47,469 nt of DNA from a virus (IMGVR_UViG_2877274432_000010); one strand, 5' to 3'; positions 9,480 through 20,124 are shown, counted from the stretch's first letter. The notes: generated by a model from the sequence alone, not told the origin. Numbers and translations are program-made.

Positions 9480-10079
9480 ATGGCGCATATACAACTGGTC
9501 AAACAAACCTCTTCCGGATTACTTCTCCCGGCGACGCCGGAGAGTTGCGATTTTTTGCATCAAATCAAAATAGGTGAGTGGATACACGCAGACTTTAAGC
9601 GTGTGCGTAACTACGCATTCCACAAGCGTTTTTTCAAACTCCTGCAACTGGGATTTGATTACTGGACTCCGGTCGGTGGGGCGATCACGCCTCGCGAACG
9701 AAAACTGGTATCAGGCTTCGTTGATTACCTGTGCGAATCAGTAGGTCGGGAACACACTCCAGCCCTGAGTGATGCCGCAGAGCAATACCTTAATACAGTT
9801 GCGACATGCAGAACCCGGGATACGGCATTGCTAAAGTCGTTTGACGCTTTCCGCGAGTGGGTAACCATTCAGGCCGGATTTTACACCGAGCATATTTATC
9901 CTGATGGTAGTCGTGGGCGCAGGGCAAAATCTATCGCATTTGCGAACATGGACGAAACCGAGTTTCAGCAGGTTTATAAATCTGTACTGAATGTGCTGTG
10001 GAACTGGATCCTGTTCCGTAAATTTTCCTCTCCGGAGGAAGTCGAAAATGTGGCCGCGCAGTTACTGGAGTTTGCGTAA
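9480..10079 (+). CDS. Lambdoid nin-region protein (YdfU / DUF1367-like)
   Basis: 199-aa ORF; position between rem-like gene and the YbcO-like gene; family assignment from memory, uncertain. Confidence 0.45.
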   Translation: MAHIQLVKQTSSGLLLPATPESCDFLHQIKIGEWIHADFKRVRNYAFHKRFFKLLQLGFDYWTPVGGAITPRERKLVSGFVDYLCESVGREHTPALSDAAEQYLNTVATCRTRDTALLKSFDAFREWVTIQAGFYTEHIYPDGSRGRRAKSIAFANMDETEFQQVYKSVLNVLWNWILFRKFSSPEEVENVAAQLLEFA

Positions 10080-10369
10080 TGGTGGATTTACGTAAAGCGG
10101 CGCGGGGGCAGATGTGCACCGTCAGAATTCCTGGCTACTGCAATCACAATCCCGAAACTTCTGTGCTGGCGCATTACAGGCTGGCGGGGACGTGCGGAAC
10201 AGCGACAAAACCACACGATATGCAGGCAGCGATTGCCTGTAGCTCATGCCACGATTTAATCGACGGGCGGGTAAAAACCAGCGATTACACCAAAGAAGAA
10301 TTACGCCTGATGCATGCAGAAGGTGTTTTTCGCACACAAGAAATCTGGAGAAAGGAAGGTTATTTATGA
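10079..10369 (+). CDS. YbcO-like protein (DUF1364, putative nuclease)
   Basis: MVDLRKAARGQMCTVRIPGYCNHNPETSVLAHYRLAG...CSSCHDLIDGR closely resembles DLP12 YbcO. Confidence 0.65.
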   Translation: MVDLRKAARGQMCTVRIPGYCNHNPETSVLAHYRLAGTCGTATKPHDMQAAIACSSCHDLIDGRVKTSDYTKEELRLMHAEGVFRTQEIWRKEGYL

Positions 10370-10920
10370 TTTACCCAACAAATACAGGCAAAAGCGGGGA
10401 ACACCTTCGTCTCACCACGCTGGAAAGTGTCTGGATTCAGGGAAAACTGCGCATGTGGGGGCGCTGGTCGTATATTGGCGGCGGTAAGACGGGAAATATG
10501 TTTAACCAGTTGCTGGCATCCAAAAAATTGACGAAAACAGCCGTCAATGAAGCCCTGCGCAGGATGAAAAAAGCGGGAATAGAGAAACCTGAGCTGGAAG
10601 CGTTTTTGCGAGAGATGATCAATGGCAAGCAAAAGACCTAGCTGGCGCATTGTACTGATGCAGAGGCGTTATGTATTGATAGAGTCATAAGTGAGGTGCT
10701 GGCAGAGCATCCTGGATTGATTAGTGTCCTCCGGCAACGGTATGAAGGGCGGGGGATGACTAAGCGTAAAATGGCTGAATTGCTGAATGACGCACACCCT
10801 GAGTGGTGTTTCCGGACGTGCTGCAGTCGGGTAGATGTATGGCTAAATCTTGCTGAATATATGCTCTATCTACCGATGCGTGATGCATTCTCTTCCGGGG
10901 ATCTAAAAACCGTTTGTTGA
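10366..10920 (+). pseudogene. Antitermination protein Q-like, interrupted by an in-frame amber codon
   Basis: ORF 10366-10641 ends at TAG 10639-10641 and the same frame continues without further stops to 10920; motifs LRMWGRW and CFRTCCS resemble phage-82/QuuD-type Q; position immediately upstream of a late-promoter-like region. Confidence 0.45.
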
Positions 10921-10946
10921 CTCAATCTGTTATCCGGGGCTATATT
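10917..10946 (+). promoter_or_regulatory. Candidate late promoter (pR'-like)
   Basis: TTGACT - 18 bp - TATATT directly downstream of the Q-like gene, followed by hairpins. Confidence 0.45.
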
Positions 10947-11009
10947 CCTCACGCGCCAGCAAAATCTGGCGTCGGGATTGGCGTCCCGGATGTTTACGGA
11001 GCGATATGA

Positions 11010-11029
11010 GACGCGCCCGCGTCTTTTTT
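11010..11029 (+). terminator. tR'-like rho-independent terminator
   Basis: GACGCG-CCC-GCGTC hairpin followed by TTTTTT about 65 bp downstream of the candidate promoter. Confidence 0.55.
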
Positions 11030-11243
11030 CATATCGTTTGCACAGTCACATTCGCGATTTATGGCGGGCTGTGTGGGGGAGCCGAAAGGCTCGCCGGTTT
11101 CCGTACCCGGTTACGCCAACCCTGCACAGTTCGCCACCAGTTCGATTGGCGTCGTCGGTGGCGATAATTTCCAAATGTACGGAGTTATCGTTATGACCAC
11201 TCAAATCTCTGTTGAAACTCTCTCCCCGATCACCCATAACCAG

Positions 11244-12490
11244 TGAGGTAGCCTGAGTTTAACGGACACTCCTTCCTGAAATAGAATGGCATCAGAAGGA
11301 GCTAATAATGAGCAGAAAAACCCAACGTTACTCTAAAGAGTTCAAAGCCGAAGCTGTCAGAACGGTTCTTGAAAATCAACTTTCGATCAGTGAAGGCGCT
11401 TCCCGATTATCCCTTCCTGAAGGCACTTTAGGACAATGGGTTACCGCCGCCAGAAAAGGGCTCGGTACTCCTGGTTCCCGCACGGTGGCTGAACTGGAAT
11501 CTGAAATTCTGCAACTGCGTAAGGCGTTAAATGAAGCTCGCCTTGAGCGAGATATATTAAATTGCACAGGAGTCGCTGAAAAATACGCGTTAATCGAACA
11601 ATGGCGACAACAATTTCCCATTGAAGCGATGTGTCAGGTATTTGGTGTATCCAGGAGCGGTTATTACAACTGGGTACAGCATGAACCCTCAGACAGAAAA
11701 CAAAGTGATGAGCGGCTAAAACTGGAGATTAAGGTGGCACATATCCGCACTCGCGAAACATATGGAACCCGGCGGCTCCAGACGGAGCTGGCAGAGAATG
11801 GCATCATCGTTGGTCGTGACCGACTGGCACGTCTTCGTAAGGAGCTGAGGCTACGCTGTAAGCAGAAACGCAAGTTCAGAGCGACTACGAACCCGAACCA
11901 CAATCTGCCAGTTGCGCCAAATCTGCTGAACCAGACGTTCGCTCCTACAGCACCAAATCAGGTCTGGGTGGCGGACCTGACGTATGTTGCCACACAGGAG
12001 GGATGGTTGTACCTCGCTGGCATCAAAGATGTTTATACGTGTGAAATTGTCGGCTACGCCATGGGAGAGCGCATGACAAAAGAGCTGACAGGTAAAGCCC
12101 TGTTTATGGCGCTCAGGAGCCAGCGCCCACCTGCCGGGCTAATCCACCACTCTGATCGAGGTTCACAGTACTGCGCATACGATTACCGGGTCATACAGGA
12201 GCAGTCTGGTCTGAAAACATCAATGTCGCGTAAAGGTAACTGTTACGACAACGCTCCGATGGAAAGCTTCTGGGGAACGCTGAAAAATGAGAGCCTGAGC
12301 CACTATCGTTTTAATAACCGGGATGAAGCCATCTCAGTAATACGGGAATACATTGAGATTTTCTACAATCGTCAGCGTCGTCACTCTCGTCTGGGGAATA
12401 TCTCCCCGGCAGCCTTCAGGGAAAAATATCATCAGATGGCTGCTTAAAAAAAGAACAAATGGTAGTGTCCGCTATTGCCAGTACACCTCA
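11244..12490 (+). mobile_element. IS600, copy 2, 1247 bp, with 17-bp internal deletion
   Basis: Both IS600 ends present; flanked by direct repeat CAG; 17 bp shorter than the other copies at the orfA/orfB junction. Confidence 0.9.
11308..12447 (+). CDS. IS600 OrfAB transposase, genomically fused single ORF
   Basis: 379-aa continuous ORF; the A-rich frameshift segment is replaced by ...ATATATTAAATTGCACAGG... Confidence 0.8.
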   Translation: MSRKTQRYSKEFKAEAVRTVLENQLSISEGASRLSLPEGTLGQWVTAARKGLGTPGSRTVAELESEILQLRKALNEARLERDILNCTGVAEKYALIEQWRQQFPIEAMCQVFGVSRSGYYNWVQHEPSDRKQSDERLKLEIKVAHIRTRETYGTRRLQTELAENGIIVGRDRLARLRKELRLRCKQKRKFRATTNPNHNLPVAPNLLNQTFAPTAPNQVWVADLTYVATQEGWLYLAGIKDVYTCEIVGYAMGERMTKELTGKALFMALRSQRPPAGLIHHSDRGSQYCAYDYRVIQEQSGLKTSMSRKGNCYDNAPMESFWGTLKNESLSHYRFNNRDEAISVIREYIEIFYNRQRRHSRLGNISPAAFREKYHQMAA

Positions 12491-13096
12491 CAGATTCCTG
12501 TTATTACCACCGAACTTTTGGCGCAGCTTTACGGCACTGAGCCGGTGCGTATTCGCCAGAATCATCATGAGAACAAAGTACGCTTCGTTGAAGGGAAACA
12601 CTTTTTCAAAGTTGTTGGTAATGACCTTAAAGAATTGCGGGTCGCTTTAAACTACTCACAAAATCCAGTTTCACCCAAAGCCCGCTCCCTCATCCTCTGG
12701 ACAGAACGAGGCGCAGCACGCCACGGCAAAATGCTCGAAACCGATCAGGCGTGGGATGTGTTCGAAAAACTGGAAGACTGCTATTTCAGTCAAAGGGATC
12801 CGTCAACGCCAGTTTCATGCCAGAAAAGTTACGACACGCGAGTTCTCTGTTATCAGAGAGGCGGTGTCACTGTTTCCACAATTCAGTTACGGGATGATGA
12901 TATTGTTATTTCCCTTGAGTCATGGCTGGAACTGGCGAGAGCCAATGGTTGGTTTGTTGTTCGCAGAGATAAACTGGTGGAAAGGTTGATGCAGCTTTAA
13001 AAAAGTTCTTGCATTTTTGCACATAAACTGCTTCAATTACGGTAAGCTTCGCAAAGCTGTATCGCGAGGCGAATAGCAGACATGGACACTTGAAAG

Positions 13097-13120
13097 AACC
13101 CGCTTTATGCGGGTTTTTTT
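13097..13120 (+). terminator. Rho-independent terminator
   Basis: ACCCGC-TTTAT-GCGGGT followed by T-run. Confidence 0.65.
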
Positions 13121-13208
13121 GTGCCTGAAAAATGGCACAGGGCGTTAAACGCGCTGGTGGTCAGATGAGTTTGCAGATGTGATGACATATGGTTATTATT
13201 CTGCCTCC

Positions 13209-13285
13209 GGCCCTTTAGCTCAGTTGGTCAGAGCGAGCGACTCATAATCGCCAGGTCGCTGGTTCAAGTCCAGCAAGGGCCACCA
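13209..13285 (+). tRNA. tRNA with CAU anticodon (Met or Ile2/lysidine type)
   Basis: Cloverleaf with 7-bp acceptor stem GGCCCTT/AAGGGCC, anticodon loop CTCATAA, T-loop GGTTCAAGTCC, 3' CCA; resembles E. coli ileX but diverged. Confidence 0.75.
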
Positions 13286-13286
13286 A

Positions 13287-13363
13287 CCACCACTAGCTCA
13301 TCCGGATAGAGCATCAACCTTCTAAGTTGACGGTGCGAGGTTCGAGTCCTCGGTGGTGGGCCA
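13287..13363 (+). tRNA. tRNA-Arg (UCU)
   Basis: Acceptor CCACCAC/GTGGTGG, anticodon stem TCAAC/GTTGA, loop CTTCTAA, T-arm CGAGG-TTCGAGT-CCTCG, CCA end. Confidence 0.8.
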
Positions 13364-13365
13364 GC

Positions 13366-13441
<76 letters not shown>

Positions 13442-13444
13442 TAT

Positions 13445-13519
<75 letters not shown>

Positions 13520-13633
13520 TGACCTTTCTTAAAGTACTCCAACCTACTGAATCCTAAGGGATACGGCTTTAAGCCTCCTTGCAGAGTTACTTACTGTAAC
13601 CCACTGTGTAACCCTCTCAGGGCATGCAGACAT

Positions 13634-15238
13634 ATGATTCAGCTATCCAGTAGTCACAAACTTCCAGCAGTCTACTATCTCTACCAGCGTAACGGCGTCT
13701 ACTACTTCCGTCTTAGGGTCAGACAATCAAACAATGATAGAATGACCTCAATATCATTACGGACCAAGGATAGACGCACCGCTATGGCTTACTCAAGGCA
13801 CATAAAGGCAGCACTCAAGGCAATACACGCAGACAGACCCAACGCTACCTATGAGGAAATGAGGGAACACCTTAAGGACATCGCTGAGTGTGAACTGTCT
13901 ATGGGCCGTTCAGATCTCTTTGAGCCTGACATGAGGGATATCTACCGGGACCAATACGGAGAACTTGGTGAGAGCCTTACCGATGCTCTGGCTAGTGAGC
14001 CGCTAAGCATTGACCAGCATCGTTACATCAATGAGGCCCTGAAGGTGCTAAAAGCCTGTATGAGGCGTATCGAAGCGGGAGACAGTCAGCCTCTGATAGA
14101 TTACGTCGATCTTTTTAATGATATTGATAGGCAAGATAACCAAGCAGACTCTGTGTCCCTATCTGTTAATGCTCCAGAAGTAAAACCAGAAGTTACGCCT
14201 AGCATTACCATAGCGAGCCTCTTTGAACAATACGAAGCGGAGAACTATCAGAACTGGAAGCCTGCAACCTTAAGGGAAAACAAGGCGTCACACGCTGCGT
14301 TAATCGAAATATTCGACCATCTGGGTCTCAATGCAGACGCTAACAGGGCTGACATGCTTAGGGTCCGTGATGTGCTCCAGCAGTTACCTAGGAACCGTAA
14401 GCAGCGCTTCAAGGATGTCCCACTTGCTGACCTGTTGAGCCGTGAAGATAAGACAGATTGTCTGGATGTCGTTACCATCAACAACAAGTATCTTATTAAG
14501 ATGGCTGCTGTCTTTAGGTGGGCTGTGCGCAATGACTTGATTAAAAAGAACATGACTGAGGGTCTGGAGCTTAAAGTCCCTCAGCGTAAAGCCTCAGGGG
14601 CCCGTAACGCCTTCTCTACGGAGCAGGTGGGGCAACTACTGGTCGCAGCTAAGGCATACTCTCAGAAGACCTCTGGTAAGCCGTATCATTATTATGTTAC
14701 CGCCTTGGCTGCTATCACTGGGGCGAGACTCAATGAAATAGCCCAACTACAGGTCAAAGACGTCAGGACCACTGAGGCGGGAACCGTTTATATTCATATC
14801 AATGAAGACGATAGTAGTCTACCCGGTAAGAGCATCAAGAACGCTCATAGTGACCGCTGTGTGCCTCTGGTCGATGGGGCCTATGGTTTTATATTGGCTG
14901 ACTTTATGGCGCTTGTAGAGACCCGTAGAGGCGCTGACGGTGATGACGCTATGGTGTTCGATGGTCTGCGTCTCATGAAGAACGGTTACGGTGAGCAGGT
15001 GAGTAAATGGTTTAATCGGACGTTGTTGCCTAAAGTCCTCGTAGACCGTAGCGGCTTAGCGTTTCACTCGTTTAGACATACAGTTGCGGCCCAGTTAAAA
15101 CAACATGGGGTCGAGTTGGCGTATGCACAGGCGATCATGGGGCATAGTTCAGGGTCTATTACGTACGACCGTTATGCTAAAGAGGTCGAGGTTGATAGGC
15201 TGGTCAATGTGATGGCTGATGTTTATAAGGAGACCTAG
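13634..15238 (+). CDS. Tyrosine site-specific recombinase (integrase), 534 aa
   Basis: C-terminal catalytic region with HSFRHTVAAQL...HSSGSITYDRYA pattern (R, H-x-x-R, Y); starts 114 bp after the tRNA-Gly 3' end in the same orientation. Confidence 0.8.
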   Translation: MIQLSSSHKLPAVYYLYQRNGVYYFRLRVRQSNNDRMTSISLRTKDRRTAMAYSRHIKAALKAIHADRPNATYEEMREHLKDIAECELSMGRSDLFEPDMRDIYRDQYGELGESLTDALASEPLSIDQHRYINEALKVLKACMRRIEAGDSQPLIDYVDLFNDIDRQDNQADSVSLSVNAPEVKPEVTPSITIASLFEQYEAENYQNWKPATLRENKASHAALIEIFDHLGLNADANRADMLRVRDVLQQLPRNRKQRFKDVPLADLLSREDKTDCLDVVTINNKYLIKMAAVFRWAVRNDLIKKNMTEGLELKVPQRKASGARNAFSTEQVGQLLVAAKAYSQKTSGKPYHYYVTALAAITGARLNEIAQLQVKDVRTTEAGTVYIHINEDDSSLPGKSIKNAHSDRCVPLVDGAYGFILADFMALVETRRGADGDDAMVFDGLRLMKNGYGEQVSKWFNRTLLPKVLVDRSGLAFHSFRHTVAAQLKQHGVELAYAQAIMGHSSGSITYDRYAKEVEVDRLVNVMADVYKET

Positions 15239-15326
15239 AGGAGACCATAGTCTAGGATGACACTTACTACAGACCTGTGTGGTCATGTTTTTGACTCATA
15301 GTTTTCTCTACTTGTCAAGTGATAAT

Positions 15327-15349
15327 TAATACGACTCACTATAGGGAGA
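15327..15349 (+). promoter_or_regulatory. T7 RNA polymerase promoter consensus (copy 1)
   Basis: Exact TAATACGACTCACTATAGGGAGA; predicted +1 G at 15344, transcription rightward. Confidence 0.7.
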
Positions 15350-15447
15350 AGGGACACAAAAAGTTTTCTCTTCTAGGATGACACTTACTACAGACCTGTG
15401 CGGTCATGTTTTTGACTCATAGTTTTCTCTGCTTGTCAAGGGGTAAT

Positions 15448-15470
15448 TAATACGACTCACTATAGGGAGA
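15448..15470 (+). promoter_or_regulatory. T7 RNA polymerase promoter consensus (copy 2)
   Basis: Exact TAATACGACTCACTATAGGGAGA. Confidence 0.7.
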
Positions 15471-15567
15471 AGGGACACAAAAAGTTTTCTCTTCTAGGAT
15501 GACACTTACTACAGACCTGTGTGGTCATGTTTTTGACTCATGGTTTTCTCTACTTGTCAAGGATAAT

Positions 15568-15590
15568 TAATACGACTCACTATAGGGAGA
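15568..15590 (+). promoter_or_regulatory. T7 RNA polymerase promoter consensus (copy 3)
   Basis: Exact TAATACGACTCACTATAGGGAGA. Confidence 0.7.
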
Positions 15591-15620
15591 AGGGACACAA
15601 AAAGTTTTCTCTTCTAGGAC

Positions 15621-15987
15621 AACTAACCGTAACTTATCGCATCCTTTCAGGGGCGGGATGACCAATTACAGACACCAAGCGTTCTACTTAAAGTGAATGC
15701 TTCCTGTGTGCTCTGGGTCAGTCGATAAGTGAATAGCAATAAGACACAATCATCTTAATTATGGTCTCTAGTCCCTACAGGGGCTTAACTTAAAGTTAAC
15801 TTAAAGACACAATTAAAGATTAACTTATAGTATTACTTAAAGTTAACTTAAAGACACAATTAGAGATTAACTTTAAGTATTAAATAAAAGATTTAATTAA
15901 AGACCAATTAAAGATTAACTCTAAGGGAATACCTTAAGGGGTGATGATATTTATAATAATCAATCACCAAACCTATAGGTCTTCTCT
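15621..15987 (+). repeat. AT-rich region with short tandem repeats (TTAACTTAAAG / AAAGATTAACT modules)
   Basis: Two ~47-bp tandem units at about 15797-15890 and further degenerate copies; no ORF; region ends at the IS911 insertion. Confidence 0.75.
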
Positions 15988-16059
15988 TGAAGTGGCACAC
16001 TGAATTTGGCCACCTGAACAGAGGTGATATGCTCACCTCAGAACAACACAGGTGCTCCA

Positions 16060-17882
<1,823 letters not shown>

Positions 17883-18110
17883 TCTAGGGTCTCTCTATAG
17901 GTCTTCTCTATGGTCTCTCTATAGGTCTCTCTAGGGTCTCCTCTAGGCATTACCCCCAGAAGCTAACTCTATGGCCCTCTATGGTCCTCTATGGCCCTGT
18001 ACGTCATTCTTTAGGATGCCCTGTAGTTTCGTATAGCCTGATGCCTAGAGAGACCCTAGAGAGACCCTAGAGTGGCTCCTAGAGAGACCCTCCCAGTAGC
18101 TCCGCACAGC
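17883..18110 (+). repeat. Arrays of a 13-bp motif (GGGTCTCTCTAGG-like) in direct then inverted orientation
   Basis: Direct copies at 17883-17945, CTATGGNCCT x3 in the centre, inverted copies CCTAGAGAGACCC x3 at about 18048-18100; the same motif also flanks the left side of IS911 (15965-15987). Confidence 0.8.
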
Positions 18111-18251
18111 TACATCGTCATCATCATAGTATTCAATCTCAAAGTCATTCTGTTTGCATCCTGTTGTCCTGCTGGTCTCCCTTCGCTTGGGGACTTTGAG
18201 TAGGTCAGTGGGGGTGCGACTTCAGGGTGCAAACAAAAAGGAAATCAAGCG

Positions 18252-18407
18252 ATGTCTCAACAACCACAACAACCACAACAAGAAATCAGCATCATTAACC
18301 TCGACCAGCTTGTGTCCATGACCTCAGTTGAAATTGCTGAGCTGACAGGCAAGGAGCACCGAAATGTCCTTCGTGATATTCGTAAGATGCTCGAAGAACT
18401 TAACGCG
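18252..18407 (+). pseudogene. Rha-family phage regulatory protein, N-terminal fragment truncated by IS1
   Basis: SMTSVEIAELTGKEHRNVLRDIRKML matches the Rha N-terminal motif; frame runs into the IS1 end at 18408. Confidence 0.55.
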
Positions 18408-18462
18408 GGTAATGCTGCCAACTTACTGATTTAGTGTATGATGGTGATTTTAAGGTGCTTGC

Positions 18463-18738
18463 GTGGCTTCCATTTCCATCAGATGTCCTTCCTGCTCCGC
18501 TACTGAAGGCGTGGTGCGTAACGGCAAAAGCACTGCCGGACATCAGCGCTATCTCTGCTCTCATTGCCGTAAAACATGGCAACTACAGTTCACTTACACC
18601 GCCTCTCAGCCCGGTACGCACCAGAAAATCATTGATATGGCCATGAATGGCGTCGGATGTCGTGCCAGTGCACGCATTATGGGCGTTGGCCTCAACACGG
18701 TTTTACGTCACTTAAAAAACTCAGGCCGCAGTCGGTAA
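18463..18738 (+). CDS. insA: IS1 InsA
   Basis: 91-aa ORF. Confidence 0.85.
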   Translation: MASISIRCPSCSATEGVVRNGKSTAGHQRYLCSHCRKTWQLQFTYTASQPGTHQKIIDMAMNGVGCRASARIMGVGLNTVLRHLKNSGRSR

Positions 18739-19160
18739 CCTCGCGCATACAACCGGGCAGTGATGTGATTGTCTGCGCTGAAATGGACGAACATTGGGGC
18801 TACGTCGGTGCTAAATCACGTCAGCGCTGGCTGTTTTACGCGTATGACAGGATACGGAGGACGGTTGTGGCGCACGTCTTCGGTGAACGCACTCTGGCCA
18901 CACTGGAGCGTCTTCTGAGCCTGCTGTCGGCCTTTGAGGTCGTGGTATGGATGACGGATGGCTGGCCGCTGTATGAATCACGCCTGAAGGGAAAGCTGCA
19001 CGTTATCAGCAAGCGTTACACTCAGCGCATTGAGCGACATAATCTGAATCTGAGACAACATCTGGCAAGGCTGGTACGGAAGTCACTGTCGTTCTCAAAA
19101 TCGGTGGAGCTGCATGACAAGGTCATCGGGCATTATCTGAACATAAAACACTATCAGTAA
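18657..19160 (+). CDS. insB: IS1 InsB
   Basis: 167-aa ORF (MSCQCTHY variant). Confidence 0.85.
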   Translation: MSCQCTHYGRWPQHGFTSLKKLRPQSVTSRIQPGSDVIVCAEMDEHWGYVGAKSRQRWLFYAYDRIRRTVVAHVFGERTLATLERLLSLLSAFEVVVWMTDGWPLYESRLKGKLHVISKRYTQRIERHNLNLRQHLARLVRKSLSFSKSVELHDKVIGHYLNIKHYQ

Positions 19161-19175
19161 GTTGGAGTCATTACC

Positions 19176-20124
19176 AAAAAAAGCAACAGCGTATTTTGCA
19201 CAGGAGTCGCTGAAAAATACGCGTTAATCGAACAATGGCGACAACAATTTCCCATTGAAGCGATGTGTCAGGTATTTGGTGTATCCAGGAGCGGTTATTA
19301 CAACTGGGTACAGCATGAACCCTCAGACAGAAAACAAAGTGATGAGCGGCTAAAACCGGAGATTAAGGTGGCACATATCCGCACTCGCGAAACATATGGA
19401 ACCCGGCGGCTCCAGACGGAGCTGGCAGAGAATGGCATCATCGTTGGTCGTGACCGACTGGCACGTCTTCGTAAGGAGCTGAGGCTACGCTGTAAGCAGA
19501 AACGCAAGTTCAGAGCGACTACGAACCCGAACCACAATCTGCCAGTTGCGCCAAATCTGCTGAACCAGACGTTCGCTCCTACAGCACCAAATCAGGTCTG
19601 GGTGGCGGACCTGACGTATGTTGCCACACAGGAGGGATGGTTGTACCTCGCTGGCATCAAAGATGTTTATACGTGTGAAATTGTCGGCTACGCCATGGGA
19701 GAGCGCATGACAAAAGAGCTGACAGGTAAAGCCCTGTTTATGGCGCTCAGGAGCCAGCGCCCACCTGCCGGGCTAATCCACCACTCTGATCGAGGTTCAC
19801 AGTACTGCGCATACGATTACCGGGTCATACAGGAGCAGTCTGGTCTGAAAACATCAATGTCGCGTAAAGGTAACTGTTACGACAACGCTCCGATGGAAAG
19901 CTTCTGGGGAACGCTGAAAAATGAGAGCCTGAGCCACTATCGTTTTAATAACCGGGATGAAGCCATCTCAGTAATACGGGAATACATTGAGATTTTCTAC
20001 AATCGTCAGCGTCGTCACTCTCGTCTGGGGAATATCTCCCCGGCAGCCTTCAGGGAAAAATATCATCAGATGACTGCTTAAAAAAAGAACAAATGGTAGT
20101 GTCCGCTATTGCCAGTACACCTCA
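19176..20124 (+). mobile_element. IS600, 5'-truncated partial copy
   Basis: Begins inside the A-rich frameshift region and runs to the normal right end ...GCCAGTACACCTCA; lacks orfA. Confidence 0.85.
19263..20081 (+). CDS. IS600 OrfB
   Basis: 272-aa ORF with copy-specific substitutions. Confidence 0.85.
   Translation: MCQVFGVSRSGYYNWVQHEPSDRKQSDERLKPEIKVAHIRTRETYGTRRLQTELAENGIIVGRDRLARLRKELRLRCKQKRKFRATTNPNHNLPVAPNLLNQTFAPTAPNQVWVADLTYVATQEGWLYLAGIKDVYTCEIVGYAMGERMTKELTGKALFMALRSQRPPAGLIHHSDRGSQYCAYDYRVIQEQSGLKTSMSRKGNCYDNAPMESFWGTLKNESLSHYRFNNRDEAISVIREYIEIFYNRQRRHSRLGNISPAAFREKYHQMTA

Larger units (their letters stand above)
11193..13000 (+). pseudogene. Phage ORF6N/antirepressor-like gene interrupted by IS600
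   Basis: ATG at 11193; frame broken by IS600 at 11244-12490 with 3-bp duplication CAG, then continues 12494-13000 (TELLAQLYGTEPVRIRQNHHENKVRFVEGKHFFKV). Confidence 0.55.
15251..15613 (+). repeat. Three tandem ~121-bp direct repeats, each containing a T7 promoter consensus
   Basis: Unit starts at 15251, 15372 and 15493; units differ by a few substitutions and a 1-bp indel; a fourth unit begins at 15613 and diverges after 7 bp. Confidence 0.9.
18408..19175 (+). mobile_element. IS1, copy B, 768 bp
   Basis: IS1 ends present; no matching 9-bp flanks; right side abuts an internal position of IS600. Confidence 0.9.

Noticed and set aside
9163-9577. ORFs antisense to IS1 insA/insB (for example 9163-9375, 9227-9577, 18400-18582, 27598-27807, 44143-44412)
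   Set aside because: Lie on the opposite strand of well-established IS1 genes and run across the IS boundary; frame artefacts
15327-15590. T7 promoters considered as cloning-vector contamination
   Set aside because: Three diverged tandem copies embedded between an integrase gene and IS911, with an initiating sequence unlike the vector context I remember; cannot be fully excluded without read-level data, so kept as a finding with that caveat
15251-15613. Tandem repeat array considered as a CRISPR array
   Set aside because: The unit is ~121 bp with near-identical full-length copies and no alternating unique spacers; no cas genes or leader; the repeat content is a phage promoter consensus
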